Assembly: GCF_036588685.1 (NCBI RefSeq)
Contig: NC_086386.1
Span: 18,166,001 to 18,230,000, forward strand
From: Mytilus trossulus
Lineage: Eukaryota
Direction of reading: 5' to 3'
DNA: 64,000 nucleotides
The notes below the pieces were generated by a model, which did no database searches, was not told the origin of the DNA, and was given only the letters and a program-made list of their open reading frames with translations. Position numbers and translations under genes: made by a program. Shown here in pieces: positions 38,255-51,000 of this stretch; positions within the stretch are counted from its first letter, which is position 1, and each line of letters starts with the position of its first letter.

Positions 38255-39466
38255 ATGAAACATCACCAGGCACTGTTTATTATGTGTATTGACCATTTGG
38301 AGCCAATGTGTTTAGAGACCTCTTATATCTGTACACCTTTTTTATATTGCCTGTTGTTTGTCCGTTTATCTTTTTCTTTCTATGCCACAAACATTGTCCT
38401 TTATTTTTCGATTTATGAGTTTGAATGTCCCTCTGGTATCTTTTACCCCACTTTTAAAGGCGATTTTTCATTGGATGCAGACAGTTACAGGAAACTATTA
38501 TCTCATGGCTATACAAAATGCATAAATCTGTTTAATTATATATTTTGTGTAAATAAATTGATATATAACAAAATAATGTAAATATTACCACTAAATTTAT
38601 ACATATACAAAAAAATATAAATATATTATTCACTAATAAAATGCCTATGTTGTCATACAAATAGTACATCATGTTTCATGTAGTTACAGTTACCAGCTAA
38701 CAAAATAAGTTTTTATTGGCCCTTTATTCTTTGCTATTTTAAGGAAACTTGAAAATATTCTTAACAGAAGGACAAATTTTATTCAACTTTCACAAAAGCA
38801 TCTTCAAATGTTGTATTTAACTGACAATGCAAAATACAATATGAATCATATTAATCTGTATGAGAACTGTAACAGAAGAAAAAGCTGTATAAAATGGTAT
38901 ATTAATTGCAATATATTTTATTCATAAATGCAACATTCACATATTTATCATGAACTGGCGAGTTTGTGCTACTTTAAATATATTTTCATGATCTGGAATG
39001 TACAATGATATCAAATGGGTACTTTGGTTAGTTTTTCAGGTAATTTACTAATAAATAACAAAGAATGAAAGTGTAATAACCTACCAAAATATATATGAAA
39101 TACCAATTTTATGATGGTTGATGCTAATGATTTGTTTATGTGTACTGTAATGACTTATATGTAAATATAAGGCCAAGAATAGATGCCACCAACTCGAGAA
39201 TTTCGGAAAAGAGAATTTTCTAAAATAAAACCAAAAAAACAGTTGTAAACCATGTGATGTCAATATCTTCATGATCTCAAAAGGGCAATTAAAACCAGTT
39301 TAAAAAGTTTGCAAATCCTGCTTTCAGAAATATATGAAATGAATGCAAATTTTTAACGACAGTTCTCTTTATGGAAGTTCATTTGCTAAATTCACAACCG
39401 TAATGACTACATCACTTATGTTCTACATGTCTTCATCCACACATAAATCTCCAACATAGTAAAATG

Positions 39467-42400
39467 CTATCTTCTTGGTGACTGTTGATGACTTGATGCT
39501 AATGATTTTGTTTTATCATATGTTCTGTCATAACCTACAAATATAAACACATGTATGTAGGGATCAGGACAGTTTTTGCATTATAATTAAAATTGATCTT
39601 GCTATTTCAAATTGATACCCAATGTCAAAAATTATCTAAAACTCACAATTTTCAAAATTGACATTAAAAAATACACACACTATTCAGTTGCTCATGTTTT
39701 TAACATTTTTAGCTTAATGTACATAGGACATATACTGATACAACTCCTGGTGTCAAATTTATTAAAAAAAATTATGCCTAATTAACATGCATTGCTTTGT
39801 TTTTGTCAATATCTATTAGATTGTTTCTGTGCCTCACACTACAATATATAATTCAAGCCCTTGCTGACATACCAGTGTCTAAAGATGTATTCATTTTTCA
39901 TATTTTTGTAATTTTTTCCCTCAATGCAATATAATTTAGTTATTTCCATGTCATCATCAACTAAAATAGGTGGCAATGTAACTTCTAGGCATTTACCAAA
40001 TTCATAATTATGGTTGCTTTTTTGTGAGAATTATCATGAACAAAAGACAAAAGTCAAATCTTAATTTCATTTAAAGAGCGGTCTAGGTCTTACAAATGTG
40101 CCACCAATGTATTTAAATAGACTGCAGACTTGCGTGATCCATTGCTTTTTTTTTCTTCGTGTTTTCTACACATTTATAACAGTAGTCTAGAGAACAATTT
40201 GCAACATCCTTTTAATTTTAAAAAGTCTTCTTGATATGTCTTGAACTAGATAGATATAGGAGGATGTGGTATGAGTGCCAGTGAGACAACTCTCCATCCA
40301 AATAACAATTTATAAAAGTAAATCATTATAGGTCAATGTACGGCCTTTCACACAGTGCCTCGGTTCAAATCGAACAACAAGCTATAAAGGGCCCCCAAAA
40401 TTAATAGAGGAAAACCAACGGTCTAATCTATATAAAAAATATATACAACTCCTCTAAACATCAACCCAACAATGTTAGATCTGTAAATTTGCTTTCGCAA
40501 ATTTTTGGTTCTTCCCTCGCTGGGATTTGAACCCATGCTACTGTGATATCGTGACACCAAATCGCCTGCACTGCAGCCGTCCCGCTAGACATATATATAT
40601 ATATATATAATTAGCTTCAAACTTGAATGACAGAACTTACCATAGGGAAAATCACTGACAATCATATCTATGGAGGTATTAGACTTCAGTACACCAACAG
40701 CCTACAACATCAAATAATCGTTTATTAAAAACAATATAAACCTTGAAGTAATTGAAGTAATTGCAACAGAAGAATTTAAAATTTTAATCTTTAGCATTAT
40801 ACCCCAAATATACACAGAAAAAAGTCCCATAAAATCTAACTTGAGGAAAACTAAAAATCAGGATTGTAAAATCCTACAGAGATTTGCATTGGTATGGGAG
40901 AAACCCAGAAATATCAATTGAAATTTATTCAAAATTATAACTTTACCGCTTCTACTCAACAGAATGTATTGATTCTTGATATTTTAGCCATATTTTGAGT
41001 ATAACAAACAACTCTAAAGGTGTTTTCATATCTTTTATCAAGCTACAACCTAAATTTCATAATTCATTAGTTGACCATTTATTAGATTTTTCAGCAGTAA
41101 AGAATCTCAAATTGAATAAAGGTAATTAAGCATATTTTCTTCTTTTTATGGTTTAAAGTTTCTCACAGCCATAAATTTTCAATTTCTTTAATGAAAAATG
41201 TGCCCAAACAATAAATACCCATAACACTTTGGTTTTGTACATTTCATGAGCAGAAGATTATATAATATAGTCAAATACAAACATAAAACCCCATCAAAGT
41301 ATCATATTTTACCTGAATTTTAAGAAAATCAACCAAAACTGACCAAAAAAAAGACTCATTTTGCAGAGTTATTTCCCTTTACATTAATAATTTCAATAAG
41401 AAATTAAAAATGCAAAATTTGAGTTTTCCTCAAGTTAGATTTTATTGGACTTTTTTCTGTGTATATTTAGGCCTTAATGCTATAAATTAGAATTAAAACA
41501 TTTCTGTTGCAACCAGTTTGAGGTTCAAACTTAGTTTGACTGGACTACAGGATTGACAAGAATCTAATTGAAAGTACTTTTTTTAAGATGTTGTTTCTAT
41601 GCACAAAAATGTAGACTGCTTTCTCAGTGCTGTTGCAGTCCAGTAAGAAAGAATGCCTTAGACAGGAAGAACAGAAAGTGTTAATAAGATCTTTTTATAA
41701 CTTACATAACGAGACTGATTCAAACATAATGAAGAAAAGGATGCCCATCTTTACAATATCTTCTCCCTCTGAACTGCAGCAGTGGACAAATAATATTTAA
41801 ATTTTATTAAAGTGTAAGTATACTTACTTCTGAGTGATTAATGTTTTCAAAGTTTATATGGTTCACAGCTAAGATCTAAAAAATAAAACATATATTTTGA
41901 TGTACCTAATAATCATTGATTTATATATTCATTAATAAGATTCTGTTTTGATATAAAAACACTTGACACTTAGGTAATTGGTGGATTAATTATACAGCTG
42001 CATTTGAATAACTTAGTGGTTTTTACTTCTGAACAATATTTGACATGCTGTATGTATTAAAGTCTTGGTTTGCTTGATTTTGTCTATCTATTTTTCAAGC
42101 TTTGGACTGAAAATTTGTTTTATTATTGTAAAACTATATATATTTTTCAAATGGTTTACTCTATTGACTAGTCTAAGATTAAGATCGGCTATACAATGTG
42201 GTCAGACTCAGTGTTACAAATCTAGATACAGATATCAACCAAGGGTAAATAACAACATATTAAATTAAGTGCATTTGTTGCTGTTTTCTACTTTAATCAT
42301 GATTTAAACTGAACTAAACTTTAGTATACTTACATTTTGGTTTATATGTTCTGAACTACAATGAACTATAATTATGTTAAATGTTTTGTTACCTAAATAA

Positions 42401-45400
42401 AAATTTTGAAGCAGAAATCAATATTTGCTGAATTTTTGGTCAATCTGTTATTTTGTCTATCCTTATTAAAATACCATGAGGTATCCTTTGTTATAAATGT
42501 GAGCATACCTGATCACCTTCCCTCAATCCTAAAAGTTCTGCTTCACTGTTTGGCATCACCTTTAATATAAACATGATAATAATGAATAGAAAAGGAAGCA
42601 AACTATTACACCTTGTCTAAATTATTTAGTTTAATTTTTTTTCACATCAACAATTTGAAAGCAATATATGTTGGAGAGACATCTTCTAAGTAGTAAGAAC
42701 ATTAGAATATACAGTTATAGTCATGTCAATGTGAGGGCACACCACTCTTGGTAACAAAGCTATAAAACTATATACATACATATCTAAATTCTACAAGAGC
42801 GCTGAATGTGATGCGATACTTCTCCATTCAAGATAGATGAGTTTTAAGAGCATTAACAATTTAACTTTCAAGCAAGAAGAGATATCCGTTTGCACAAGAT
42901 TGATGGTGGAATCATTTTTATTTACAGATTTAAAAAAAAATTAGCATATTTCTAATTTTTATATGACTGATAAATAGATCAGTTCTTTCTATATCACATT
43001 ATCAGGAATAGTTGCTTTATTCTATGCCAAAATACACATGTAGGAAAGTCATATTAAAGAAAGCAAGAATATTTTCCTGTCATAACTGAATTTTGCCTGA
43101 GCTTTCATATAAGAATTAAGAGTAATTACCATATATGTGTAAACCAATACAACAAATGTTTTTTTACCTTGGATACAAATATTCCACAATGATGTTCTTG
43201 TCCTCCACGAATGTTGAAACCAAGCTATGAATAAAAAGAATTATACATGTAAATTTATTCAACAGATTTAATTATACTTTAGATGTCATAGATATATGTA
43301 TATGTGTAAGAGGATCCAAAAATGGATGTATAAACACAGAAATATGTGAATTGGTATGATTTTAATTTTTACAATTTGAAAAATCCTGTTTATTTCATAT
43401 AAAAATATTCAAAATGCTAGTTTAAATTGTTGAGTTTACAACTTTGTTGCATTTTTCACAATAATACTAACCTTGCAATATTTTCTGAATTTACCATGAT
43501 TATTTACAAAATGAAATGACAATCATTTTGTATTTGAAAATATCTATATCTAAGGGAGATAATCATAACTTTGTGTTTTTAAACTGATATTTCTACTTTA
43601 CTAGTATGTCTAAAATGTCTAAACAGGCAATTAGTTACTGATGATAACACAATGCTAAAAAGTGTGTGTCTTAACATCAAAATAGACATGTTCCAAAATT
43701 TAACCTGTGCAGTGTATGTGTGTTAACAAAAGATTTGGTGAAGGGGTACATTTTACTTTCTTATCACCAAGAATCCAAAAAAGATAAGTCAATAGAGCAA
43801 AAAGAATCTATAAATAAATACTTTTATACTGTGGTGCTCCTTAATTACAAAAAAATCTATTGTACTGAAAGAATCATTATTGTGGTAATACTACCAGACC
43901 ATCAAGAAGCAGATTTTAAATTTTCATTGTTCAGAAATACAATTGCAGATACATTGTATGTTCCATTGTCCATCTATGAGTGTAAAATCAACCTGTTCTG
44001 TTGCCTTTGATCTTTGTAATTTCAGGGATCTTGGAAGAAACTGCCTTATATCACTGTTATATTCAGGATTGTTTTCCCTCTGAAATAAAAACAAATTGAA
44101 TATTTTATTCAATATTTAAGAAATGAACGCTTCTTTTTGTAATTTTATTAGGTTTTAAAAGTGTTGACCAAAGCACATGTATGTATGAACCAGGCAGTGG
44201 GTGTCTATCATATGGTTGCTTTCCTAGTGTGAATAATATTTGTTTTTCATTTATTGTTTTGTACATGAATCAGGCCGTTATTTAGCTAATAAAAAATGTT
44301 TACACAGAGATGTATCATGTTATAAGGGAAACAACTTGTTTTTTTTATATTACACATGGGAGACAACTCCATAACACAAGTTTCATATTTTATATACAGG
44401 TTTTCAATTTGTTCAATTGGAGCTCAAAGGTACAACATGTACAGGAAACAGTTTTAAAGCATCTACTAGATGGTGAAAAGTTCAGTGCAATTTCAATTTT
44501 GGATATATAAAAAAGTTTTTTTTTTGTTCTTGCAGAGGTATAAACAAAGTTGTTTAAAATCTTTTATATATAAACAACTCATGAGTTAAAATTGTATTCA
44601 TTGAAATAGTTATCATTAAAAATATCGACACAACAGGTAATTTTGTGTAACTGAATGGATTGTGTCAAATGTTTGTTCATTTAACCATCTTCTTACCATC
44701 TTGTCATGACAGTGTTGAAAATAAATTGAATCTCAGAATCAAAATTTTAAGATTTTTTCTTTCTTAAACATAAACACCTTAAACTTTTTAGGGATGCTAG
44801 CTAGTGCCGTGCTCTGCAAGTGTCAATAAAATGTGGATGTGCAAACTTTCTTCGTCTAATAGAATATATTACTAGTAGAAAATCTGCTTTGCTCTGCACA
44901 TTAGGCCTAATATGTTATAATCAACTTAACATGTACAGGTCTAAGAAAGGGTTGCTTGCAATCACAATCGACTATTTTCATATTACCGACTTTTGACCCT
45001 GGTTTATAATATTTTTTGACAAGTTACCTACCACATCCTGGTATTTGGTCTAATAAGAGCAACGTAAAAATAGTAAAATTGCCCCTCAAATCACTAAGAT
45101 TAAATGTTTGATGTTACTTCTTTGTTTTGCTCTTAATTGACCAAGAACCCGGATGTCATAGGTAACCTGTCGAAAAATAATATAATAAACATTAGTCAAA
45201 AGTGGGTAATATGAAAAATATCTATTCACTCAGTCAAAGGAGTGAATTTATAAAATCAAAATATCTTTAATTTTAAATTTTAAAAGTGTTAGAAACTTTT
45301 TAATGAGTGTTAAACAAAAATACATCACAGTTTCAATGCACATTTTTGTTTTGCCTCCCCCTTCTAGTTTTTTAAAAAATCGTTTATTTTTCCCTTTCTC

Positions 45401-47882
45401 TATATATTTCAATTATTTTTTTGTGTTTTTAGTTTTATAACAACATAAATGTACTAAAACAACCTCTTGTATTTGCTTTTCACTATCGCTTCCGAGTTAA
45501 CAATCCACAGCTGTCACTGATGTATTATAGAGAGAATATATCAGTGACTGTGACTGCTGTGGAAAAAAGGGGGAGGGCAAAAAAAAAATGTCTTGTCCTG
45601 AGTACATATGCTATGGAATACACAAGCACCATGCATGATTCTATTTAATGAGACCTTTTTAACCAGTTTAAATATATACTTCAAACAAAATAATTTTTTT
45701 ACTAGTCTATAATTTGATGTTTGAAAAAGTGGATCATAATCTATAATATTTTTTTTTATGCCTTAGCTCAACATACACGTCATTTTTTTTAAATATAATA
45801 CATGTAGCCTTTAAAGATGTCATAATAGGGCTCTAAATATTTAGTTCGGCCATACATGCCATATTGGATAGGGGGCAGATTTTCAGGAAAAAGGAGGAAA
45901 TAGTATGAAAGTGGAAAATCCTATGCATGTTTCTAAGCAACTACATGTACTATGTATAAATGATGTGTTCCTGTATTTTCCACATTATTCTGGACTTGTC
46001 AATGGGTACCCCTTTATTTTAATCTTCATCATGCTAAAAATATCTAAAAACGAATATATAATTCATTAAAAATAGAATTCAAAACGACTATAGGTGCCTA
46101 TTTGACTATAGATACTGAGTGCTGATTCAACTAAAATTCGACTTGGGTGACGGTTCAACATGAAATTGAAAGATTATGAATGCCTCAAAGTCTAAAACAA
46201 GATCAAGAGCACAGTCAAAGTGTATTTACGTCAATAGACGTTGATACTGATACTATAAATGGTAACAAGTCAAGTACTGTGATCTAGCATGCGTCTTTAA
46301 AGACCGAATTTTCGGAAGCAAGTTAACTCGTACCACTGTAAACTCGTACCATTAAAAATATATTAAAGAATATGAATGTTGTGTGAGGTTTTTTTTTAAC
46401 ATAAAAACAAAGTTGAATTACTTGAATTTTATACTGGACTTAAAGGAAAAAAATCCTTGTTTAAACTGCTCTTTCAAGAAGAAGAAATTTAAAACATTGC
46501 TCTGTTCCTTAAGTTGAATATCAATATCCAAAATAAATTAATCAAAGCTGTAATCCATGATCAAATTGAATGCTATGTTTACAATTGTTGAAAGCCATGT
46601 GCTTTTTGATATTTTTAACTGCTAAGATTTGTGGGGGATTTCCCCCATGGAGACTCTCAAATTGAATTTTATAAAGAGCAGTTGTGTCCACAATTTTAAC
46701 AAAACAATTAATTTTACAATGAATTGAGGCTTATAAAAGTATGAAGAAGCCAAAAAAAAACATAACACTGTATTTGAAGGCCCCCTTGAAGAGGGTGGTA
46801 AAGGGTTATTTTCATGCAACGTTTTCTGCCTTTTTATTTCACGTACTTTCGTGTTTTGACATTTTATTTCTCGTTTTCTCCTGTTTGGCTCGATTTACGT
46901 TTTTCGTGTTTCCCCTTAATTATTTTCCGTGTTTTGTGTCGGTGCTCTTAATTTCTCGTGCATGTGTAAGCCAAAAAAGTGTCCCATGAAATTGTGTCCT
47001 CTAGAACATTATTTCACAGTTCGTCTGTGAAATTTTGTTCATGGGACAGAATATCACATTTATAAACTATAAAATAGTGTCTCCCTTAGTGAAAAATTGA
47101 CCTCAGTACTTGCACATAATTTCATGGATGTTTGATGTCCCACATTTGATTAAAATGTCATCTAATAGAAATTGATGTATATATTGTTACCATTCTACTT
47201 TTGCAATATGTGTGGTATTAATAAAGTCCCGTAAATAATATTTGTTTTCAACACAAGGTCTTTATGTCAATTGATAATGGCTACATATTCTCCAAAAACA
47301 GCTGTGTAATAACTTCAGGTACTTTTTTCCTTAATATTTAAGATCTTATTTCTCGTGCTTCGTTTTACCTGTTTTTAATTTTAGTGCAACGTTTTTACGA
47401 TTTTTATTTCACGTGTTTCTGTGTTCAGTTCCCCCCTCCTTGAGTGTTTTTTAGGAGTATGGCAGCCATCTTGCACGCAAAACCACCATGGGTATTTTGA
47501 GAACTTGGCAGATATGAGACAAGGAACATGAATTAGCTACAAATTGGTCATTGTACTTTCAAATTAGACTTAAGAGGTATTCAGTGAAATAAAAGTATAT
47601 ATTCATCATTTAACACCAATCAAATGCATTAAAATAAAGTTGTTACGAGTTAGCAGTGGTACGAGTTTGCATTGGTACAAGTTTTTTTGTGGTACGAGTT
47701 GACGTTGGTACGAGATAACTATATTTCGAATTTTCATGAGACATTGGAAGAACAGTGTTTGGAATCCAAGTTTTGTATGTGAACATTTTAACAACCTCGT
47801 GTGGAGGGATCCATGGAGGGGGATGCTCATAAGGGGGTAATTTTGCCCTGATTAGCTCTCGTCTGTCTCTCGGTGTTGACAT
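39467..47882 (-). CDS. PDZD11: PDZ domain-containing protein 11, 152 aa
   Basis: Exons 47882-47796 (LPPYEHPPPWIPPHE), 44079-43993 (PEYNSDIRQFLPRSL), 43224-43168 (LGFNIRGG..GIFVSK), 42559-42509 (VMPNSEAELLGLREGDQ), 41875-41828 (ILAVNHINFENINHSE), 40701-40641 (AVGVLKS..FPY), 39534-39467. Matches the PDZD11 N-terminal PxWIPPHE motif and PDZ domain. Confidence 0.93.
40443..40590 (-). mobile_element. tRNA-derived SINE, 5'-truncated
   Basis: Minus strand: gtctagcgg (partial A box) ... GGGTTCAAATCCC (B box), followed by a non-tRNA tail; adjacent (TA)n. Confidence 0.6.
46313..47728. mobile_element. Non-autonomous TIR element with sub-terminal GGTACGAGTT repeats and a nested MITE (~46790-47440)
   Basis: agttaactcgtacc..aactcgtacc at the left end; five ggtacgagtt-like units ending ggtacgagataact at the right end. 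Confidence 0.6.
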
Positions 47883-48028
47883 CGGAAATTATAAAATAGT
47901 CAGTCAAGCGCTTGAAAGCCAAATCATTGTTATCCGTGTCTTAAAACGCAAAAGTGATCCTTTGTTGATTTCCCATAATTCTTACTACACTACATGCAAC
48001 TTCCTTTTTTGCCTCAAATATAGCCGAA
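47883..48028. promoter_or_regulatory. Bidirectional PDZD11/RPS3A promoter with TCT/5'TOP initiator
   Basis: 146 bp between ATGs. CTTCCTTTTTT at 48000-48010 is a typical ribosomal-protein TOP start; ZNF143/SBS-like TTCCCATAATTC at 47970-47981. Confidence 0.8.
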
Positions 48029-51000
48029 ATGGCAGTTGGAAAGAATAAGAGGCTTACTAAAGGTGGCAAGAAGGGTGGAAAAAAGAAAGTGTGCGTATTT
48101 AAAGTATCAATTGCTCATAAATGAATGTGTTAAGAAAGAGAATTAAGATCCCCGGTGTACTGATGATGCGATGTTAAACTGATTTTTATTCGATTGGTGG
48201 TCATCATGCCAAAAGTTGTCGTTCATCCTTGCTAAAACACACATGACTCGCTCACATTATGTTAAACCCAAACCGATAGATAAATTTCACAAGCAACTGA
48301 GTTCATATGTTGTGTGGTTCAAAGAACTAGCTCGTATTAATAATGAGAATACTTGTAAATTGACCGCCGTTCATGATGTTTTTACCTTGCTTTATTATTT
48401 AGAGCACAAAATGTTCACATACCATACCTGTCAACCTCTGAAAATGAAAAGTCAGGTCATGACCTGCATTGAGAAAAAAAATCTCAGGTCATAACGCGTA
48501 CGACATTTTGCGGGCTCAATTGAAGAACAAAAATATGTTTACATATAATTTATATAGTCAATATGTATATAAAACAGTTAGAACATGTATACAAGTTTAT
48601 TTCAGACTATTGTTATATTCCATAGTAGCAGACTTGGCATTCTTTAAAAGAACTGCACTTGGTTTCAGTTCATAGCAATGCAAATGTATATTCATTTTAC
48701 AAGAAAGAAGAGCACACAGTGTATCCTTATTAAGATCAGCCCTAAACTCTGTAGCTATTTTCTTTACTAAAGAAAATGCCCTCTCACTGTCTGCATTGCT
48801 GTTTGGCAAAACCAGTAATGTTTTAGCAAGTTTTGACAAAACAAAAAATCTTGGCTTGTTAAGAAAAATGTCATGCAACTTGGACATTTCTCCCCAAAAT
48901 GTACCAATGTCAGTTTCAGGGGAAGTGCAAAGTGGAAGTTCATCTAATGGGGTCAACTGATAGTCACTGAACTCATCTTGTAGCTTGTTGAAAATATCGT
49001 TACTTAGCTCAGGTAAACAAGTCCTACATTTTGACTTTTGGTTACATTGAAAAAGACCGATAAAACCGAAGGTCGTATTACTTCTAAATACCGGAAACAA
49101 TTCCGGTCAGAAATCCGGGTGAAACGGGTAATGTTAGAAATTCCCGGGACCCGCCGGGTAAAGAAAAACTCCCGGGTGATAGGTGAAAATAACGGGTGTC
49201 ACCCGCAAAAAACGGGTGAGTTGACAGGTATGACATACGTTTAATATAAACCATTTACATGCATATTCAAAAGAGGCATACTAATTGATATTGATTGTAA
49301 ATGGCACAAGTCTTCAAAAAAGTACTGAGAAGTAATGTAGAAGTAGTAAGTAGGATGCATGGCCAGTTTTGGACTTAAATAATCCATGCAATGGGTCCTA
49401 ATTTTGAATTTAAGTATTGATCTAGTAAAATCTGAATACCTATATATTCTTTTCAGTGAAAGAATTTCTCTTCAGATGTCAATGTTCATATAGTCTGTAC
49501 GGCCTTCAACAATGAGCAATGCAGGATAGCAAGAGGCGTATTTAGGCCCCCTTTTTTTCAAGGAAAAATTGGGTTGTTCAATAGGGAATCACAAGAGCTG
49601 GCCTCCAGATAGCAGTCAATCTGCCCCCTACTTGATAAAATTTCTGCCCACTGTAAACTGTAGTCCGAGATTACTCTGACGTTGTTCGAAGGCTGTTTAG
49701 CCAGACAAGCTGGGGCCGTGGGACGTCAGAGCTTGTCCCATATCAAAAAGTGGATATTTGCCCACCCAAAATAGATGCGCTACTTCCTCGCTTCAGGAGC
49801 CGACTGAGGGCCTTGGAATTATAAAAATCAGGCATCAATCTCTTCAGTTTTCATTTATCTCTTCATTTATGTATGTTTCACCTACCTGCCAAACCTTTAA
49901 TTTTCTATATTGTAACATTTTTCACAGAGACTCATGATTTCTCCATGTTGCCTTTCATTTCCAAAGATTATCACGTGACCACGAGAAAACAGTGCAAATG
50001 ACCATAATGTAACATCTCGTTCATTTACGCTGTGTTACCTAAATGTCCGAGAGCTGCCGATTGTTATCGGGGTCGGAACTAAATGCTAGTTAGAAAAAAC
50101 GTGGTTGCTTCTAAATGTTATTCATCGATCTCCTATAAAGGAGGTAACAAAATATAAATATTTGCATATTTGAGTCTCGAGGCCACGAAATCTCTCGTAA
50201 CTTGACATCCATTTGAAAGTGAAAGTCACAAATGGAGAAATCATGGGTCTCTGTGAAAAATGTTAAAATATAGAAAATTAAAGGTTTGGCAGGTAGGTGA
50301 AACTTACATAAATGAAGAGATAAATTAAAACTGAAGAGATTGATGCCCGATTTATATAATTCCAAGGCCCTCAGTCGGCTCCAGAAGCGAGGAAGTAGCG
50401 CATCTATTTTGGGTGGGCAAATATCCACTTTTTAATATGGGACAAGCTCTGACGTCCCACGGCCCCAGCTTGTCTGGCTAAACAGCCGTCGGACGTCAGA
50501 GTAATCTCGGACTATGTAAACTGGGGCTGTTGAATGTTGTCCCATGTCAAGTGGATATTTGCCTGTCGAAAATAGATGCACACTTCCAGGCCTGGGGCCA
50601 TTACATTTCAATGTAATGCATTACATTACAATTACTTTGTGATTCTTCCATTACAATTACATTTTTTCTCACATGTAATGCACTACATTACAATTACTTT
50701 GCCTGTGTAATGCATTACATTACAAATTACTTTTTCAATATAAAAACAAAAAGCATTTCAAAAACAGAGGTAGTGTTAGGTACATAGACTTCAAATACTG
50801 GTTAATTAATATGTCCATTGCACTTTATCATCATGAGTGGTTTAAGTGTGATGCCATTAAGAGAACAGCAATCAGTTCTTTTTTCACCTTTCCGGCAATA
50901 CTTAAAAGCCTTTCTACAGGAGATTTTGTGTGGGAAATGGCTAAATACTTGATAGCTGTATTAGCCAAAGAAGAAATACACTGAATTTGACTTCCATTAT

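Noticed and set aside
40495-40590. tRNA gene
   Set aside because: Has a B box but no complete cloverleaf or acceptor stem; treated as a SINE head.
50111-50428. 105-aa ORF
   Set aside because: Lies within a transposon TIR; the mirror arm has a stop at the equivalent position and no domain is recognisable.
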